64,000 bases of DNA, taken from positions 126,059 through 190,058 of the forward strand of contig JADLBL010000021.1 in assembly GCA_020847735.1 (NCBI GenBank). The letters run 5' to 3'. Position 1 is the first letter of the stretch. Each line of letters opens with the position of its first letter. The notes under the pieces were generated by a model. The model worked only from the letters and a program-made list of their open reading frames with translations. It had not been told where the DNA came from and did not search any database. The stretch comes from Candidatus Eiseniibacteriota bacterium (GTDB lineage: Bacteria > Eisenbacteria > RBG-16-71-46). Below, piece by piece: positions 1-10,777 of this stretch. Both the position numbers and the translations under genes were made by a program.

Positions 1-108
1 GGACACGCCCTTGTGCGTGTCGCACTCCGAACAGGCCTGGACGCAGGCGTTGCAGCCGATGCAGCGCGCCGGGTCGAGGTAGAAGTGGAGTTCGCCGGGA
101 ACGGGCAT
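1..108 (-). CDS. 4Fe-4S ferredoxin-type iron-sulfur protein, N-terminal part (gene continues past window start)
   Basis: Reverse-complement of bases 1-108 reads MPVPGELHFYLDPARCIGCNACVQACSECDTHKG, a classic CxxCxxCxxxC 4Fe-4S motif; ATG at 108; immediately upstream of the Mo-oxidoreductase on the same strand. Confidence 0.6.
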   Translation of the reverse strand, partial: MPVPGELHFYLDPARCIGCNACVQACSECDTHKGVS

Positions 109-119
109 GGCGTGCTTCC

Positions 120-2429
120 TCAGGCCCCGGCCGTGGGCCGGGCGGGCGCGCGGCGCGGGGACGAGGCGGCGGCCGCTTCGCGCGCCTCGTCGGCGGTCGC
201 GGGCTGCAGCCGCGCGGCGCAGGCCTTGAACTCGGGGATCTTCGAGATCGGATCCTGCGCCGAAATCGTCAGGCGGTTGACGCTGCGCCGGCCCGGCCAG
301 TGGTAGGGCACGAAGATCGTGTCGGGCCGGATCGTCGCGACCACCCTGGCGCGCAGCGTGAGCCGTCCGCGCCGCGTCTCGGCCGTCACCCAGTCGCCGT
401 CGGCGATGGCCAGGTGCCCGGCGAGGTGCGGATGCAGCTCGATGAACGGCTCGGGGTCCATGTCGAGCAGCGGCCCGATGCGCCGCGTCTGCGTGCCGGA
501 GAGGAACTGGCTGATCACGCGGCCGGAGGTCAGGATGAGCGGGTAGTCGGCGTCGGGCACTTCGGCCGGCGGCGTGTAGGTGGAGACGTTGAACCGCGCC
601 TTGCCGTCGGGGAAGTAGAACGGCCCCGAGCCCTTCGCCACGACGTTCCACGATCCCGGCTCGAACAGCCGCGGCGTTCCCGGATGGTCGTCGGCCGGGC
701 ACGGCCAGAAGACGCCCTGCTGGCGCTCGATTTTCTCCCAGGTGATCCCGGAGTAATCCGCCACGCCGCCGCGCGAGGCGGCGCGCAGCTCCTCGAAGAT
801 CTCGCGCGGGCCGGCGAACGTGAGGCCGCGCTCGCGCCCAAGGGCGCGGGCCAGGTCCTGCACGATGCGCCAGTCCTCGCGCGCCTCGCCGGGGCAGCTC
901 ACCGCCTTGTTGATCTTGATGACGCGACCCTCGGCCGTCGTGACGGTCCCTTCGTCCTCCTCGTGCAGCGAGCCGGGCAGCACGAGGTCGGCGTGGCGGG
1001 CGGTCTCGCTCATGAAGAAGTCGATGGCGACGTAGAACTCGAGCCGGTCGAGCATCGCCCGCACGAAATCGCTGTCGGGAAGCGACACCGCCGGGTTGAA
1101 GCAGATGGACAGCAGCCCGCGGATCTCGCCGCGCTCGACCTTGCGGAAGATCTCGTAGGCGTCCACGCCCGGCTGCGGCAGCTCGTCGGCGCCAATGCCC
1201 CAGATCCCGGCGACGAACTCGCGAGCCTGCGGGTCGGCGAGCTTGCGGCCGCCGGGAAGCTGGTCGCACTTCTGGCCGTGCTCGCGGCCGCCCTGTCCGT
1301 TGCCCTGGCCGGTGATCGTCGCGTAGCCGCAGAACTCGCGCCCGATCCGGCCCGAGGCCAGCACCAGGTTGATCGCGCCGAGGACGTTCTGAACCCCGTG
1401 GCTCGAATGCTCGATGCCGCGGGCGTGCATCAGGAAGCTGGTCTTCGCCGTTCCCCACCATTCGGCCGCCCTGCGGATCGCCGTCTCGGCGATGCCGGTC
1501 GTGCGCGCGGTGCGCGCCGGCGTCCATTCGGCGACGTGCCTTTCGACCTCGTCGAAGCCCACCGTCGAGCGGGCGATGAAGTCGCGGTCCAGCCAGCCGT
1601 TCCCGATCATCAGGTGGAGCACGCCGTTGAACAGCGCCACGTCGGTGCCGGGCCGGATCGGCAGGAACAGGTCGCAGGTGCGGGCGATCGGCGTCAGGCG
1701 CGGATCCACCACGATCACCTTCGCGCCGCGCTCGCGCGCCTGCCAAACGTAGTCGGTGGTGATGGGTGCGCACTCGGCGACGTTGGCGCCCGAAATCCAC
1801 ACGACCTGCGCGCCGAGGATGTCGCTCCACGGATTCGCCGCCCGGTCCACGCCGAACGCCTTGCTGTTGCCGGCGCCGGCCGAGACCATGCACAGGCGGC
1901 CGTTGTAGTCGATGTTCGAGGTCGCGAGCGCCATGTGGGCGAACTTGCCCATCAGGTACGCCTTCTCGTTGGTCAGGCTCGCGCCCGAGAGGATCGCCAT
2001 CGCGTCGCGGCCGTGCGTTTCCTGGATGCGGCGGATCTCGGCGGCCGCGCGCTCGATCGCGCGCTCGTAGGCCATGGGCCGGAAACCGCCCGGCGCCGTC
2101 CCGTCGCGTTCGAGAGCGGTGAGCAGCCGGTCGGGGTGCGAGCCCTGCAGGTAGCGCTTGATGCCCTTGGGGCAGAGCATGCCGCGGTTGAACGGGAAGT
2201 CGTAGCGCGGTTCGAAGCCGACCACCTGCTCGTCCTTGACCTTGAGGCGGATGCCGCACTGCTGGCCGCAGAAGCAGCAGTGCGTGTCCACGACGCGGTC
2301 GGGCTCGACGCCGGTGTCGAGCCGCTGGCCCGCCGACCATGCCGGGTGCGGTCCGAACGGGTCGCCCGCGGGCGGATCGAGATGCGTGTGGCGCGCGGCC
2401 GGCGGGGCCGCGACAGGTTCAGCCATGGA
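120..2429 (-). CDS. Molybdopterin-dependent oxidoreductase catalytic subunit (assimilatory nitrate reductase / formate dehydrogenase family), cytoplasmic
   Basis: N-terminal [10 protein letters not shown] Fe-S cluster motif of MopB superfamily; long MGD-binding domain; no twin-arginine signal; start set at internal ATG (MAEPVAAP...) rather than ORF-track start 2588 because upstream Arg/Pro-rich stretch looks non-coding. Confidence 0.8.
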   Translation of the reverse strand, partial: SMAEPVAAPPAARHTHLDPPAGDPFGPHPAWSAGQRLDTGVEPDRVVDTHCCFCGQQCGIRLKVKDEQVVGFEPRYDFPFNRGMLCPKGIKRYLQGSHPDRLLTALERDGTAPGGFRPMAYERAIERAAAEIRRIQETHGRDAMAILSGASLTNEKAYLMGKFAHMALATSNIDYNGRLCMVSAGAGNSKAFGVDRAANPWSDILGAQVVWISGANVAECAPITTDYVWQARERGAKVIVVDPRLTPIARTCDLFLPIRPGTDVALFNGVLHLMIGNGWLDRDFIARSTVGFDEVERHVAEWTPARTARTTGIAETAIRRAAEWWGTAKTSFLMHARGIEHSSHGVQNVLGAINLVLASGRIGREFCGYATITGQGNGQGGREHGQKCDQLPGGRKLADPQAREFVAGIWGIGADELPQPGVDAYEIFRKVERGEIRGLLSICFNPAVSLPDSDFVRAMLDRLEFYVAIDFFMSETARHADLVLPGSLHEEDEGTVTTAEGRVIKINKAVSCPGEAREDWRIVQDLARALGRERGLTFAGPREIFEELRAASRGGVADYSGITWEKIERQQGVFWPCPADDHPGTPRLFEPGSWNVVAKGSGPFYFPDGKARFNVSTYTPPAEVPDADYPLILTSGRVISQFLSGTQTRRIGPLLDMDPEPFIELHPHLAGHLAIADGDWVTAETRRGRLTLRARVVATIRPDTIFVPYHWPGRRSVNRLTISAQDPISKIPEFKACAARLQPATADEAREAAAASSPRRAPARPTAGA

Positions 2430-3582
2430 AGTTCTCCGCGTCGGAGCGGCCGAGAGGCCCCTCGCCGATGCCGGGGTTGACGTGCGCCGGCGCGGCGCCC
2501 GGCGCGACGAGGATTCCGCCGCGCACCCCGCGCCATGCCGCCCCCTGCGCGGTGGCGAGCAGCGCGCGGCGGCACGGCGGGCAGACACGCTGGTAGTGGT
2601 CGGTCCCGCCGCCGCCCGTGCTCTGGATCCGGTAGTCGAATCCCAGGCGGCGCTCGACCTCGATCAGGTCCTCTACATGCATCTTCGACGTGAAGCCGTG
2701 CCCGCAGCGGGCGCAGTGTTCCAGCGCCTCCTCGCGCCCGACCTCCTTGTAGAAGCGGACCGCGATCTGCGCCGGGCGCTGGAACACGTGGAAGAACTTG
2801 CCGAACGGCAGCCACAGGAACGTGAAGATGACCGTGATGGCGTGCAGGATCGCGAGGAAGTCGTAGGCGTACCCGTGCATCCACGTGTAGCTCGCGGTCA
2901 GCATCAGCCCGGTCAGGCTGACCGCGAACAGCAGCACGAGCGGCAGGAAGTCCTCGGAGAAGCTCTGCAGCGCCGCCGCGCCTTCTTCGCGCATGCGCCG
3001 GCGCATCGCCAGCATCACGCCCGCGATCACCAGGAACGAGGCCCACACCAGGCCGTGGAAGAGCAGGAAGGCGAGGAGCGAGTCGCTCGGGAAGGCGAAC
3101 GCCGGAAAGCCGAAGACGATCAGGCGGTACACCGACGGCGAGCCCGCCACCGACTCGAAGGCGAGCCAGCCGAACACCAGCGGGAAGGTGATCGCGACCG
3201 CCAGCACGCAGCCCCAGAAGAGCAGCACGTGGGTCAGGCCGCGCAGTCGGCCGCGCGCCCAGATGAAGCGGTTGAGGGCGATGTCGGCGAATGAATGCGC
3301 GGCCAGGCCGCCGAGGTGGCGAAAGCGACGCCCGCGGCGGAAGAACACCTGCCAGCCCCGCCGCCAGTAGAAGTCGGTCGGCGGCCGCTTGAGCCACATG
3401 GCGTAGCGGTAGGTCAGGCCGAAGGTGGCGAACAGCGCCGCGAACGTGTAGGCGACCAGCGCGGCGTCGAAGTGCGCCAGGTTGCGCGAACCGACGACGA
3501 TGAGCGCGCCCAGCACGAGCGTCGCGGCGACGCCCCAGGCGATCGGTCCGGCCGAGTCGCGGCGTGAGTTCGTTCGGTTCAT
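2419..3582 (-). CDS. NarI-like polytopic membrane (cytochrome b-type) electron-transfer subunit with Cys-rich C-terminal tail
   Basis: Multiple hydrophobic helices with conserved His; C-terminal CARCGH...CPPC motifs; 11-nt overlap with the oxidoreductase start suggests co-translation; start chosen at MNRTNS (3582). Confidence 0.5.
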   Translation of the reverse strand: MNRTNSRRDSAGPIAWGVAATLVLGALIVVGSRNLAHFDAALVAYTFAALFATFGLTYRYAMWLKRPPTDFYWRRGWQVFFRRGRRFRHLGGLAAHSFADIALNRFIWARGRLRGLTHVLLFWGCVLAVAITFPLVFGWLAFESVAGSPSVYRLIVFGFPAFAFPSDSLLAFLLFHGLVWASFLVIAGVMLAMRRRMREEGAAALQSFSEDFLPLVLLFAVSLTGLMLTASYTWMHGYAYDFLAILHAITVIFTFLWLPFGKFFHVFQRPAQIAVRFYKEVGREEALEHCARCGHGFTSKMHVEDLIEVERRLGFDYRIQSTGGGGTDHYQRVCPPCRRALLATAQGAAWRGVRGGILVAPGAAPAHVNPGIGEGPLGRSDAENFHG

Positions 3583-3688
3583 GACCTCGCGAGACCTCCG
3601 TGTGCGGCTGCGCCGCGAGCGTAACCCGCGCGAGCGGCGCATGGCCAATCGGTGAAGGCCGTCCCCGGTCGGCAGGGCCCGCGGGCCG

Positions 3689-5698
3689 TCAGGCGATCAG
3701 CCCGCACATGAGTTGTTCGAACATCCCGAACGTGAGGGACTGCGGTCCGTCGGAGAGCGCCTGCTCGGGATCGGGGTGGATCTCGATCATGAGCCCCTGC
3801 GCGCCCGCCGCCAGCGCCGCGCGGCACAGCGGCGGCACGAAGCGCCGCACTCCGACCGCGTGCGAAGGATCCACGAGCACCGGCAGGTGCGTGCGCTCCC
3901 GCAGCACCGGCACCGCGCTCAGGTCCAGCGTGCTGCGCGTCGCGGTCTCGAACGTGCGAATCCCGCGCTCGCACAGGATCACCATCTGGTTCCCGTGGGC
4001 GAGGATGTACTCGGCGGCGCCCAGCAGTTCCTCGATGGACGCGCTCATTCCGCGCTTGAGCAGGACGGGGCGGTCCACCCTGCCGACCTCCTTGAGCAGC
4101 GAGAAGTTCTGCATGTTGCGGGCGCCGATCTGGAGCACGTGGGCCTTCTCCGCCACCGGCCCGACGTCCGCCGGGTGCAGCACCTCGGTCACGATCGGCA
4201 GTCCGGCCTCGGCGCCTGCCTCTGCGAGCCAGTCGAGCGCTTCGTAGCCGTGGCCCTGGAACGAGTACGGCGAGGTGCGTGGCTTGAAGCAGCCGCCGCG
4301 CAGCAGGCCGCCGCCCATCTCCTTCACGACCCGCGCGCAGGCGCGGACCTGTTCGCGGGACTCGACCGCGCACGGGCCGGCGATCATCACCGGCCGCGGC
4401 CCGCCGATCGTGACGCCCGCCACCACCACGCGCGTGTCCTCGGCGCGGTGGTTCCGGGAGGCCAGCGCTTCGTCGTGCTTCGCTGTGGCCGGCCTCGTCG
4501 CGGCGGGCTGCGGCGGCGTGGCCGCCACCGCACGCGAAACCTTCGGCCGCGGCTGAGCGGGACGCGCCTCGGCCGTGGTGCGCGACGGATAGGACCCCAG
4601 CGCCTTCACGTAGCCGCTGCGGGCCTGAAGCTCGCGCACCGCGCGGGCCACGTCGGGATCGGCCAGGTTGCCATCGAAGTCCACGTAGAAAAGGTACTCC
4701 CACGGGTTGCGAGGCCGCGGGCGCGACTCGAGCTTGGTCAGGTTGAGGTGATGATCCGCGAACACGCCGAGGCAGGAGAGCAGCGCGCCCTGTTCGTGGC
4801 GCGTGGTGAACAGCAGCGATGTCTTGCATGGCACGCGCAGATCGCAGACGACGGGCCGCTTCGCGACGATCGCCATGCGCGTGAGGTTCTCCTTCTGGTC
4901 GGCGATGCCGCGCGCGAGGACCACGAGGCCGTACAGCCGTGCGGCTTCCTCGCTGGCCACCGCGGCCTGGGACAGATCCTGCTCGTCGCGGACGCGGCGG
5001 GCGGCCATGGCCGTGTCGGTGAACGCCTCGACACGACACTCGCCGAGCCCCGCGAGGAAGCGCCCGCACTGACTCAGCGCCACCGGGTGCGAGAAGACCC
5101 GCCGAATGCGCGAGAGCGGGACTGGCTCGAGGGCGAGCAGGCAGTGCTCGACCTCCTGGATCTCCTCGCCCACGAGGGCCAGGTCCATGCGGGCCAGCAG
5201 GTCGTACGACTGGGTGACGGATCCCGAAGTCGTGTTCTCGAGCGGGAGCACGGCGTAGTCCAGCTCACCGGTCACCACCGCCTCGAGCATCGGTTCGAAG
5301 CCGTCGTAGCCGAGGTAGGTGGCCTCCTCCTTCCGCGGCCCGAAATGTCGCCTCGCCGCGCCATGGCTGTAGGCCCCTTCGCTGCCCTGGTAGCCCACCC
5401 GGATCGCACCCGCCGCGCCCGTGCCGGCAGTGAGCAGCGCGGACTCCTGGGTGCGCACGGAGTGCCCGAGGATCTCCCGGAAGAGCCGCGTCACCAGGAA
5501 GCCGTCGAGGCCGGCGTCGCGGGCGCGCTCCACGGCGCGGGTCAGCACGTCCTCCTCGCGGGGCAGGTCGCGCAGGGCGCCGCCGCTTTCGAGCTTGAGG
5601 CGCGCCACCTCCCGGACCAGTCCCTGGCGCGCGGCCAGGGCGTCCACGAGGGTGGCGTCCACCGTCTCGAGCTGCTCACGCATCGTGTTCAGGTCCAT
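3689..5698 (-). CDS. Fusion protein: chorismate mutase (AroQ) + prephenate dehydratase + ACT domain + class I-beta DAHP synthase
   Basis: N-term CM helices; PDT region ([13 protein letters not shown]...LPLENTTSG); ACT ([16 protein letters not shown]...LTKLESRP); Pro/Ala linker; C-term DAHPS/KDO8PS-like motifs [25 protein letters not shown]. Confidence 0.8.
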   Translation of the reverse strand: MDLNTMREQLETVDATLVDALAARQGLVREVARLKLESGGALRDLPREEDVLTRAVERARDAGLDGFLVTRLFREILGHSVRTQESALLTAGTGAAGAIRVGYQGSEGAYSHGAARRHFGPRKEEATYLGYDGFEPMLEAVVTGELDYAVLPLENTTSGSVTQSYDLLARMDLALVGEEIQEVEHCLLALEPVPLSRIRRVFSHPVALSQCGRFLAGLGECRVEAFTDTAMAARRVRDEQDLSQAAVASEEAARLYGLVVLARGIADQKENLTRMAIVAKRPVVCDLRVPCKTSLLFTTRHEQGALLSCLGVFADHHLNLTKLESRPRPRNPWEYLFYVDFDGNLADPDVARAVRELQARSGYVKALGSYPSRTTAEARPAQPRPKVSRAVAATPPQPAATRPATAKHDEALASRNHRAEDTRVVVAGVTIGGPRPVMIAGPCAVESREQVRACARVVKEMGGGLLRGGCFKPRTSPYSFQGHGYEALDWLAEAGAEAGLPIVTEVLHPADVGPVAEKAHVLQIGARNMQNFSLLKEVGRVDRPVLLKRGMSASIEELLGAAEYILAHGNQMVILCERGIRTFETATRSTLDLSAVPVLRERTHLPVLVDPSHAVGVRRFVPPLCRAALAAGAQGLMIEIHPDPEQALSDGPQSLTFGMFEQLMCGLIA

Positions 5699-5720
5699 CG
5701 TCCTCTCCTCGAAGGAATGC

Positions 5721-5759
5721 GAAAGGCCCGCTCCCGGGTGATTCGGGAGCGGGCCTTTC
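5721..5759 (-). terminator. GC-rich hairpin (gaaaggcccgctcccg / cgggagcgggcctttc) downstream of the hydrolase gene, upstream of the pheA-aroG fusion
   Basis: Perfect 15-16 bp inverted repeat with 8-nt loop seen directly; only weak T-tract so intrinsic-terminator status uncertain. Confidence 0.4.
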
Positions 5760-5938
5760 TGTGGCCGTTCGGCTGAAGGAATCGCTACAAGCGTCCTCCG
5801 CCCGCTCCCCTGGAGCGGGTAAAGAGGAAGCCGAAGGTCAGCCGGTCGCGCGTCATGGGACCGGTATTTTCCCCGGCGCCGCGCGGAAACGCAAGCGACT
5901 CGCTGTGTCCGGCGACGCCGGAGCGCCGGCCGGTCCGC

Positions 5939-7801
5939 CTACCGCTGCCCGGAGCCGGACCTTCGCGCCGGGGCCGAAGCGGGCGCCGCGAGCGGCAGGC
6001 TCAGGCGGCTGGAGTGCAGCACCTCGATGTGCGCGACACGCGCGTCGGCGATGTTCTCGTAGCCGATCCGGCCGCCGGTGTTGAAGTTCTTCTGGAAGAA
6101 CGCCGAATTGAGCGGCGCGATCGTCAGCCGCAACCGCGCGCCCGCCGGGATGCGCCACGCCGACCAGTAGAACTCGAACGGGATGTCCACCGTCTCGCCC
6201 GGCTTCAGCAGCTCCGACTGGAAGGGGCCGTTGCGGAATCGCGCCCGGCGAATGTCCTCGCCGAGGCGCACCGCCGAGCCGTCCGGCGCGATCATCAGCA
6301 CCTGCGCCCACAGGTCGAAATCCGGCGCGTCGGCCCTGACGCGCAGGTTCAGTCGCATGTGCCCCGCGACTTCGACGTCGTGCGCCAGCGGCTCGGAGTG
6401 GAACACGACCGCCCGCTTCTGGAAGTCGCGGAACTGGCTGGTGAGGCCTTCGTCCGGGAGGGAGGAGAGCATCGCGAGCTCGGGCAGCTCCCGCGGGTCG
6501 CTGACAATGACCGTCGGCGGTTCCGCCGCCGGTGGCTCGCCGACCAGACTGCCCGAGTGGAACACGTTCAGCGGCGCGTGGTCCGGCGCCGAAAGATAGA
6601 AGCCCAGCGACTCGCCCGACGACGCGGCCGCGAGCGAGGCGGCGTGGCGCCACTCGTCCGCGCCCAGCATGAAGTAGTTGACCTTGTCGCGCAGCAGTGC
6701 CGGCTTCGGGCCGCGCCCGAGGATCCAGTCGCACCAACCCGCGTGCAGCGCCTGCATGTCGAGGACGGCGGAGTCCGGAATCGTGAGCCCCATGATGGAT
6801 TTTGCTGGGCGCTGCGTTCCGCCGTGGTCCCACGGCCCGATCACGAGGACGCTGCGGTCCACCTGCGCCGTGGGCGCATGCGCGAAATAGCTCCGGTAGT
6901 AGCGCAGGGCTCCCGGCTGATCGTCGTCGAAGAAGCCGGTCGCGGTGAGGATCGGAAAGCGCATCGCCGCGTAGTCTTTCGCCGCCGGTTCGGCGGCCAG
7001 GTTGAACGCCCGGTCGCCGACGTGATCGAGCCAGGTCTTCATGAAGGACTTGCGGAGTCCGGCCGAGTCCGCCATCCACCAGTCGTCCGGAGCGATGCCG
7101 ATCGCTTCGTCCAGCTCGCTGAACGGGCGGTACCCCGCGTACTGCTCGAGCATCTTGCCCTGCCAGTACGCCGCATTGTCAATGAAGCCGGTGTTGAGGG
7201 AGCGGCCCGAGGTGTAGCCCACGATCACCGCCGACCACGCCTGCGGGATGCCGTTGGTGTTCGGCACGTCCCAGCCCGGATAGATCGGAGCGAAGGGCGT
7301 GATGCCACTCAGGTGAGGGGGCCTCTGCGCGGCCGTGCGCCACTGCGTCATGCCGACGAACGAACCGCCGTACATGAACACGTGACCATCGCTCCACGGC
7401 TGACGAGCGATCCACTCGACGAGGTCATGGCCGTCGCGCCCGACCTGCAGCCCGAGGTCGTCGCTCTTGACCCCGCCTGAGCGCCCGCGCCCGCGCACGT
7501 AGGCGAGCACGAACACGTAGCCCCGCCGCGCCATCGCGACCGGTTCCCCACGACGGCCGCCGTCAATGTCGTACTGCGTGAGCTCGAGCACCGCCGGCGC
7601 CTTGCCGGCCAGCTTCGAGGGTCGGGTGATCCAGGCCTCGAGCTCGACGCCGTCCCGCATCGGGATCATGCGGCTCAGCTCGATGTCGTAGCCGGGGCCG
7701 ACCGACTCCGCCGACGCCCCGAGGGCGGCGGTCGTGCCCGCCAGCAATCCCGCCGCCACGAAAACCCGAATGCCCCACAGCCGTGCGAGCACGCCCTTCA
7801 T
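5939..7801 (-). CDS. CocE/NonD family hydrolase (X-Pro dipeptidyl-peptidase S15-like alpha/beta hydrolase), secreted
   Basis: Signal-peptide-like N-term (MKGVLARLWGIRVFVAAGLLAGTTAALGASA); GxSxG-like YGGSFVG; C-terminal beta-sandwich domain typical of the family; AGGAGG RBS 7 nt upstream of ATG 7801. Confidence 0.75.
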   Translation of the reverse strand: MKGVLARLWGIRVFVAAGLLAGTTAALGASAESVGPGYDIELSRMIPMRDGVELEAWITRPSKLAGKAPAVLELTQYDIDGGRRGEPVAMARRGYVFVLAYVRGRGRSGGVKSDDLGLQVGRDGHDLVEWIARQPWSDGHVFMYGGSFVGMTQWRTAAQRPPHLSGITPFAPIYPGWDVPNTNGIPQAWSAVIVGYTSGRSLNTGFIDNAAYWQGKMLEQYAGYRPFSELDEAIGIAPDDWWMADSAGLRKSFMKTWLDHVGDRAFNLAAEPAAKDYAAMRFPILTATGFFDDDQPGALRYYRSYFAHAPTAQVDRSVLVIGPWDHGGTQRPAKSIMGLTIPDSAVLDMQALHAGWCDWILGRGPKPALLRDKVNYFMLGADEWRHAASLAAASSGESLGFYLSAPDHAPLNVFHSGSLVGEPPAAEPPTVIVSDPRELPELAMLSSLPDEGLTSQFRDFQKRAVVFHSEPLAHDVEVAGHMRLNLRVRADAPDFDLWAQVLMIAPDGSAVRLGEDIRRARFRNGPFQSELLKPGETVDIPFEFYWSAWRIPAGARLRLTIAPLNSAFFQKNFNTGGRIGYENIADARVAHIEVLHSSRLSLPLAAPASAPARRSGSGQR

Positions 7802-7953
7802 GAACGCTTCCTCCTGATCGCGGCACCAGGCCGTAGTCAACGCCCTGCGGAAACCTCGAGCGCCAGCCTAGCGCGCGACAGCGCGTTGCCGCCAGATCGC
7901 CGCCCCGCTCGCAGGGCCTTGCGGAAACCCCGCAGGTTCGTGTATCTACGCCC

Positions 7954-8000
7954 GCGGAGAGGTGCGAGAGTGGTTGAATCGGGCGGTCTCGAAACCCGCT
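7954..8000 (+). other. tRNA-Ser(CGA)-like 5' fragment (acceptor 5' strand + D arm + anticodon arm only); candidate att remnant
   Basis: GGAGAGGTGCGAGAGTGGTTGAATCGGGCGGTCTCGAAACCCGC resembles bacterial tRNA-Ser 5' half (D-loop GAGxGGTTGAA, anticodon loop CTCGAAA); no T-arm or 3' acceptor follows, so not an intact tRNA. Confidence 0.35.
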
Positions 8001-8198
8001 GCGACGCATTTGACGCCTTCCCGCCTCGACGACCGGAACACCGCCAGACACACGTAGTTGCCCGAAGCCCCATCGAGTTAGCCTCGGTGGGGTTCGCCGT
8101 GCAGACTGGTCCCTCGTGGACCGGAGTGGCCTCATTTGGTCGCTCATGTCGGCACACTTCCGGCACAGTGCTGCGGCGACATTCGGCCCAGCGGCGCT

Positions 8199-9773
8199 TC
8201 AAGAGGCAGTCGTGCGCGCGGCCAGGCTCTCAAGCAGTGCGGCGCCGCGCGCCAGCGTCAACGCGTGCCTCCGAAGATCCTGCGGGAGCGCGCGCCGGAT
8301 CTCCACTAGCCACTTAGCCGTCCCGGCTCCTGCCGAGGCGAGCCCCGGACTTGGGACACCGGCAGCCTCCGCGAGCATATCGCCGTGTCGGGACAGCGCG
8401 TCAGCGAGCACGTAGCGGTCAGGTGACCGCTTCAGGATCAAGAGGCACTCGGCCAGATGTCGCTCCGCCGTGTGCAGCCTGCCCGCGCGGGCCTCCGTGA
8501 GCGAGAGGTTGGCCAATGTCTGCGCCGTCCCGCGGTCGTCGTGCAACCGCCGCTTGATCGCCAGTGAGCGCCGGAAGTTGATTACCGCGTCGGAGTACCG
8601 CCCCTCGGCCGCACAGGCCTCCCCGACGTTGTTCAGGATCCTGGCCCTCCACACGCGGATTCCCTCCTTGGCCGTACGCCCTCTCCGCGTACGTGCGAAC
8701 CGGGCAATCGCCCGCAGGCCTCGCCGGTAATCCACGAGTGCGCTTCTCGCATCCTGATTCGGGCCCTCGATGGCGAGTAGGCCGCGCAGCACGTAAGCCC
8801 ATGAGAGCGAATCCGCCTCGCGCGGAAGGCGGATCGCGGACTCGCGAAGGGCCGCCGCCAGCAGGCGGGCAGATGGCTCGAATCGCCCCGCCATGCGAAG
8901 GCAGTCCACGGCGATGAACGTGGACTTGAGCCGGGTGTGCGGATCGAGCCGGCGGCGGTACCACGCCAGGACCCGCGGCGCGTCCTCGTAGTGCCCCGTC
9001 CTCGAGGCGAGATTGAGGAGCGCCGCACAGCGCTGGCCCGCGCGCAATCGCACGACCGGCGCGATCCGGGGGCGGGAGGAGGCGCGCTCGCGGCGGGCCC
9101 TCACGCGAAGCAGCGACTCGAGGCTGCCCCGTGCCCAGCGAAAGACCGGCGCGAGCCCCGCCAACGCCCGTGGCGGCTGACCTGCATAACTCAGGAAGCA
9201 GATCTCACGGGGCCTCCCCTCGGCGATCGCCTCAAGCACGTCCTGGTCCCTCGCGGAGTAGCCCAGCACGAAGAGGCGCCCGTCCCGGATCGCCCGCCTG
9301 AAACTCCGCACCGCTCCCGGCACGGTCCGGGCGAGCCGGAAACTGCGGTTCTGGATCCGTGACGGCCGCAGGACCGACCCGTGCAGGTGCACGACGCGAA
9401 GAGCCCGCGCCTGTTCGAAGCAGACATCGAAGTTCGTCGTGAAGACGACGGGGAATAGACCGGCAAGGGCTCTGTGGCAGGCGTTGGGCCGCAAACCAGT
9501 CAGCCGTCCGACCATGAGCGAGTCCAGTTCGTCCGAGGCGAACGAGGAGACGTCCTGCAGGAGGCTCTCGGGTAGAAGTCGCCGGTAGGCCTGCGTGTGC
9601 ATGAGGCTACGAAGCCAGCGCCGCGAGTTGCGATCTGACAACAGTGCCGCGACGCACTCGTCCCTCAGCTTGTCGCCGAGCGGTGCGTTGGTGGGCGCGA
9701 GCCTGGATACGCCGGCGCCACAGAGCACCCATCCTCCAGCCTGCATCCGTTCACGGAACGCGCCCAGCGTCAT
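8199..9773 (-). CDS. SIR2-like (SIR2_2 family) domain protein fused to C-terminal TPR repeats; candidate defence effector
   Basis: N-term motifs GAGVS, TTNFD, HLHGS characteristic of SIR2_2 NADase-like domains; C-terminal half has TPR-like repeats; start taken at MTLGAF (9773). Confidence 0.55.
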   Translation of the reverse strand: MTLGAFRERMQAGGWVLCGAGVSRLAPTNAPLGDKLRDECVAALLSDRNSRRWLRSLMHTQAYRRLLPESLLQDVSSFASDELDSLMVGRLTGLRPNACHRALAGLFPVVFTTNFDVCFEQARALRVVHLHGSVLRPSRIQNRSFRLARTVPGAVRSFRRAIRDGRLFVLGYSARDQDVLEAIAEGRPREICFLSYAGQPPRALAGLAPVFRWARGSLESLLRVRARRERASSRPRIAPVVRLRAGQRCAALLNLASRTGHYEDAPRVLAWYRRRLDPHTRLKSTFIAVDCLRMAGRFEPSARLLAAALRESAIRLPREADSLSWAYVLRGLLAIEGPNQDARSALVDYRRGLRAIARFARTRRGRTAKEGIRVWRARILNNVGEACAAEGRYSDAVINFRRSLAIKRRLHDDRGTAQTLANLSLTEARAGRLHTAERHLAECLLILKRSPDRYVLADALSRHGDMLAEAAGVPSPGLASAGAGTAKWLVEIRRALPQDLRRHALTLARGAALLESLAARTTAS

Positions 9774-10062
9774 CCTGCGAACTCGTCCACCACCAGACCT
9801 GCCATGGGTCATGGTTCTCTCGAGGAGCGAATGATGAGCTGCGAGGACCTTCGCGCGTCACCGCGCGAGCCATTAGTGCTGGCGAGTGCCGTTTGCCCTG
9901 ACTTCAGCAGTTAAGCTGTTCCACGCCGACTGGAAGTTGAAGGGGGCAACCCGGAGAGGACGAGCAAGGCACTACCGAGCAGACACCCACACCAAATGCG
10001 CGTGCTGGCGGCGTCGCGCCTACAAGATGAAGACCCTTAGTATCGCTCCCTGGCGGGCGGTT

Positions 10063-10650
10063 CTAGCACACAACTGACACAGTCGTCGCCCCGCCTCTCG
10101 CCGGCAGTGATAACTTACCCAGAGAGACTGGCCGCAGCTCCAACTCGATGCCGTTGATGATCCATGTCTTCACAAACACCCGAGTGGCACTATCTCGTCG
10201 CTTTGCGACAAGCTCTCGCCTTCCCGGCCAGTCCCGCAGCCACTGCTCGTAGTCACTCACGACAAACGCACAATGCTCGATACCAGGCCGCAGGTCGCGA
10301 GGCGCTTCCCGCAGTTTGGGTTCGAATACCTCTACCAGCGGCATCTCCCACCCACCGCCGCGCAGCGGACGACGTAGGCGCAGTACGCAGTTCCTTCGCC
10401 CGTCGATGCTCTCGCGGCGCACTGGCAGCGCATACGCTCCAACGGTCCGCACGACGTCGTCAAACTCCCGTGCAGACCGCGCCTGCAGTCCGAGATGGTC
10501 GCCTGCGAAGCGCGCGCTTGTGAGGTCCACGCCTTCGAGTAACGCGACCGTCAAGGCCAGTCGCATGTACCGTGACGCACACCGCGCCAGAGTCCTCCAT
10601 GTTGTGATGCCATATATATCCACACCATGCATGTCTACATGATATCGCAC
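10063..10650 (-). CDS. Hypothetical protein, possibly VOC/glyoxalase-like
   Basis: ORF on same strand as SIR2-TPR gene; weak resemblance to VOC fold segments (HLGLQARSAREFDDVV, IEHCAFVVSDYEQW); start uncertain. Confidence 0.3.
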   Translation of the reverse strand: MRYHVDMHGVDIYGITTWRTLARCASRYMRLALTVALLEGVDLTSARFAGDHLGLQARSAREFDDVVRTVGAYALPVRRESIDGRRNCVLRLRRPLRGGGWEMPLVEVFEPKLREAPRDLRPGIEHCAFVVSDYEQWLRDWPGRRELVAKRRDSATRVFVKTWIINGIELELRPVSLGKLSLPARGGATTVSVVC

Positions 10651-10777
10651 ACTGGCGCCCTTGTCCCCGACCCACCGAGCCGCGTGTCGTTCCGCCGATG
10701 GCTAGACAGGGCGGTAGGCGGCGGCTACACTGCTGGATTGCGCGTAACCGGTCGTCAACTGAACACGTGAGGTCGCC

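Noticed and set aside
300-3397. Long ORFs 300-2480 (+) and 1973-3397 (-) overlapping the Mo-oxidoreductase and NarI-like genes
   Set aside because: Arg/Ala/Pro-rich low-complexity translations on the antisense strand of strongly motif-supported genes; typical high-G+C shadow ORFs.
3713-7480. Long + strand ORFs 3713-5776 and 5855-7480 opposite pheA-aroG fusion and hydrolase
   Set aside because: No motifs, extreme Arg/Gly/Pro content, antisense to well-supported genes.
7954-8040. Intact tRNA-Ser gene
   Set aside because: Only acceptor-5', D and anticodon arms are recognisable; no GTTCRAATC T-loop or complementary 3' acceptor strand follows, so at most a fragment or pseudogene.
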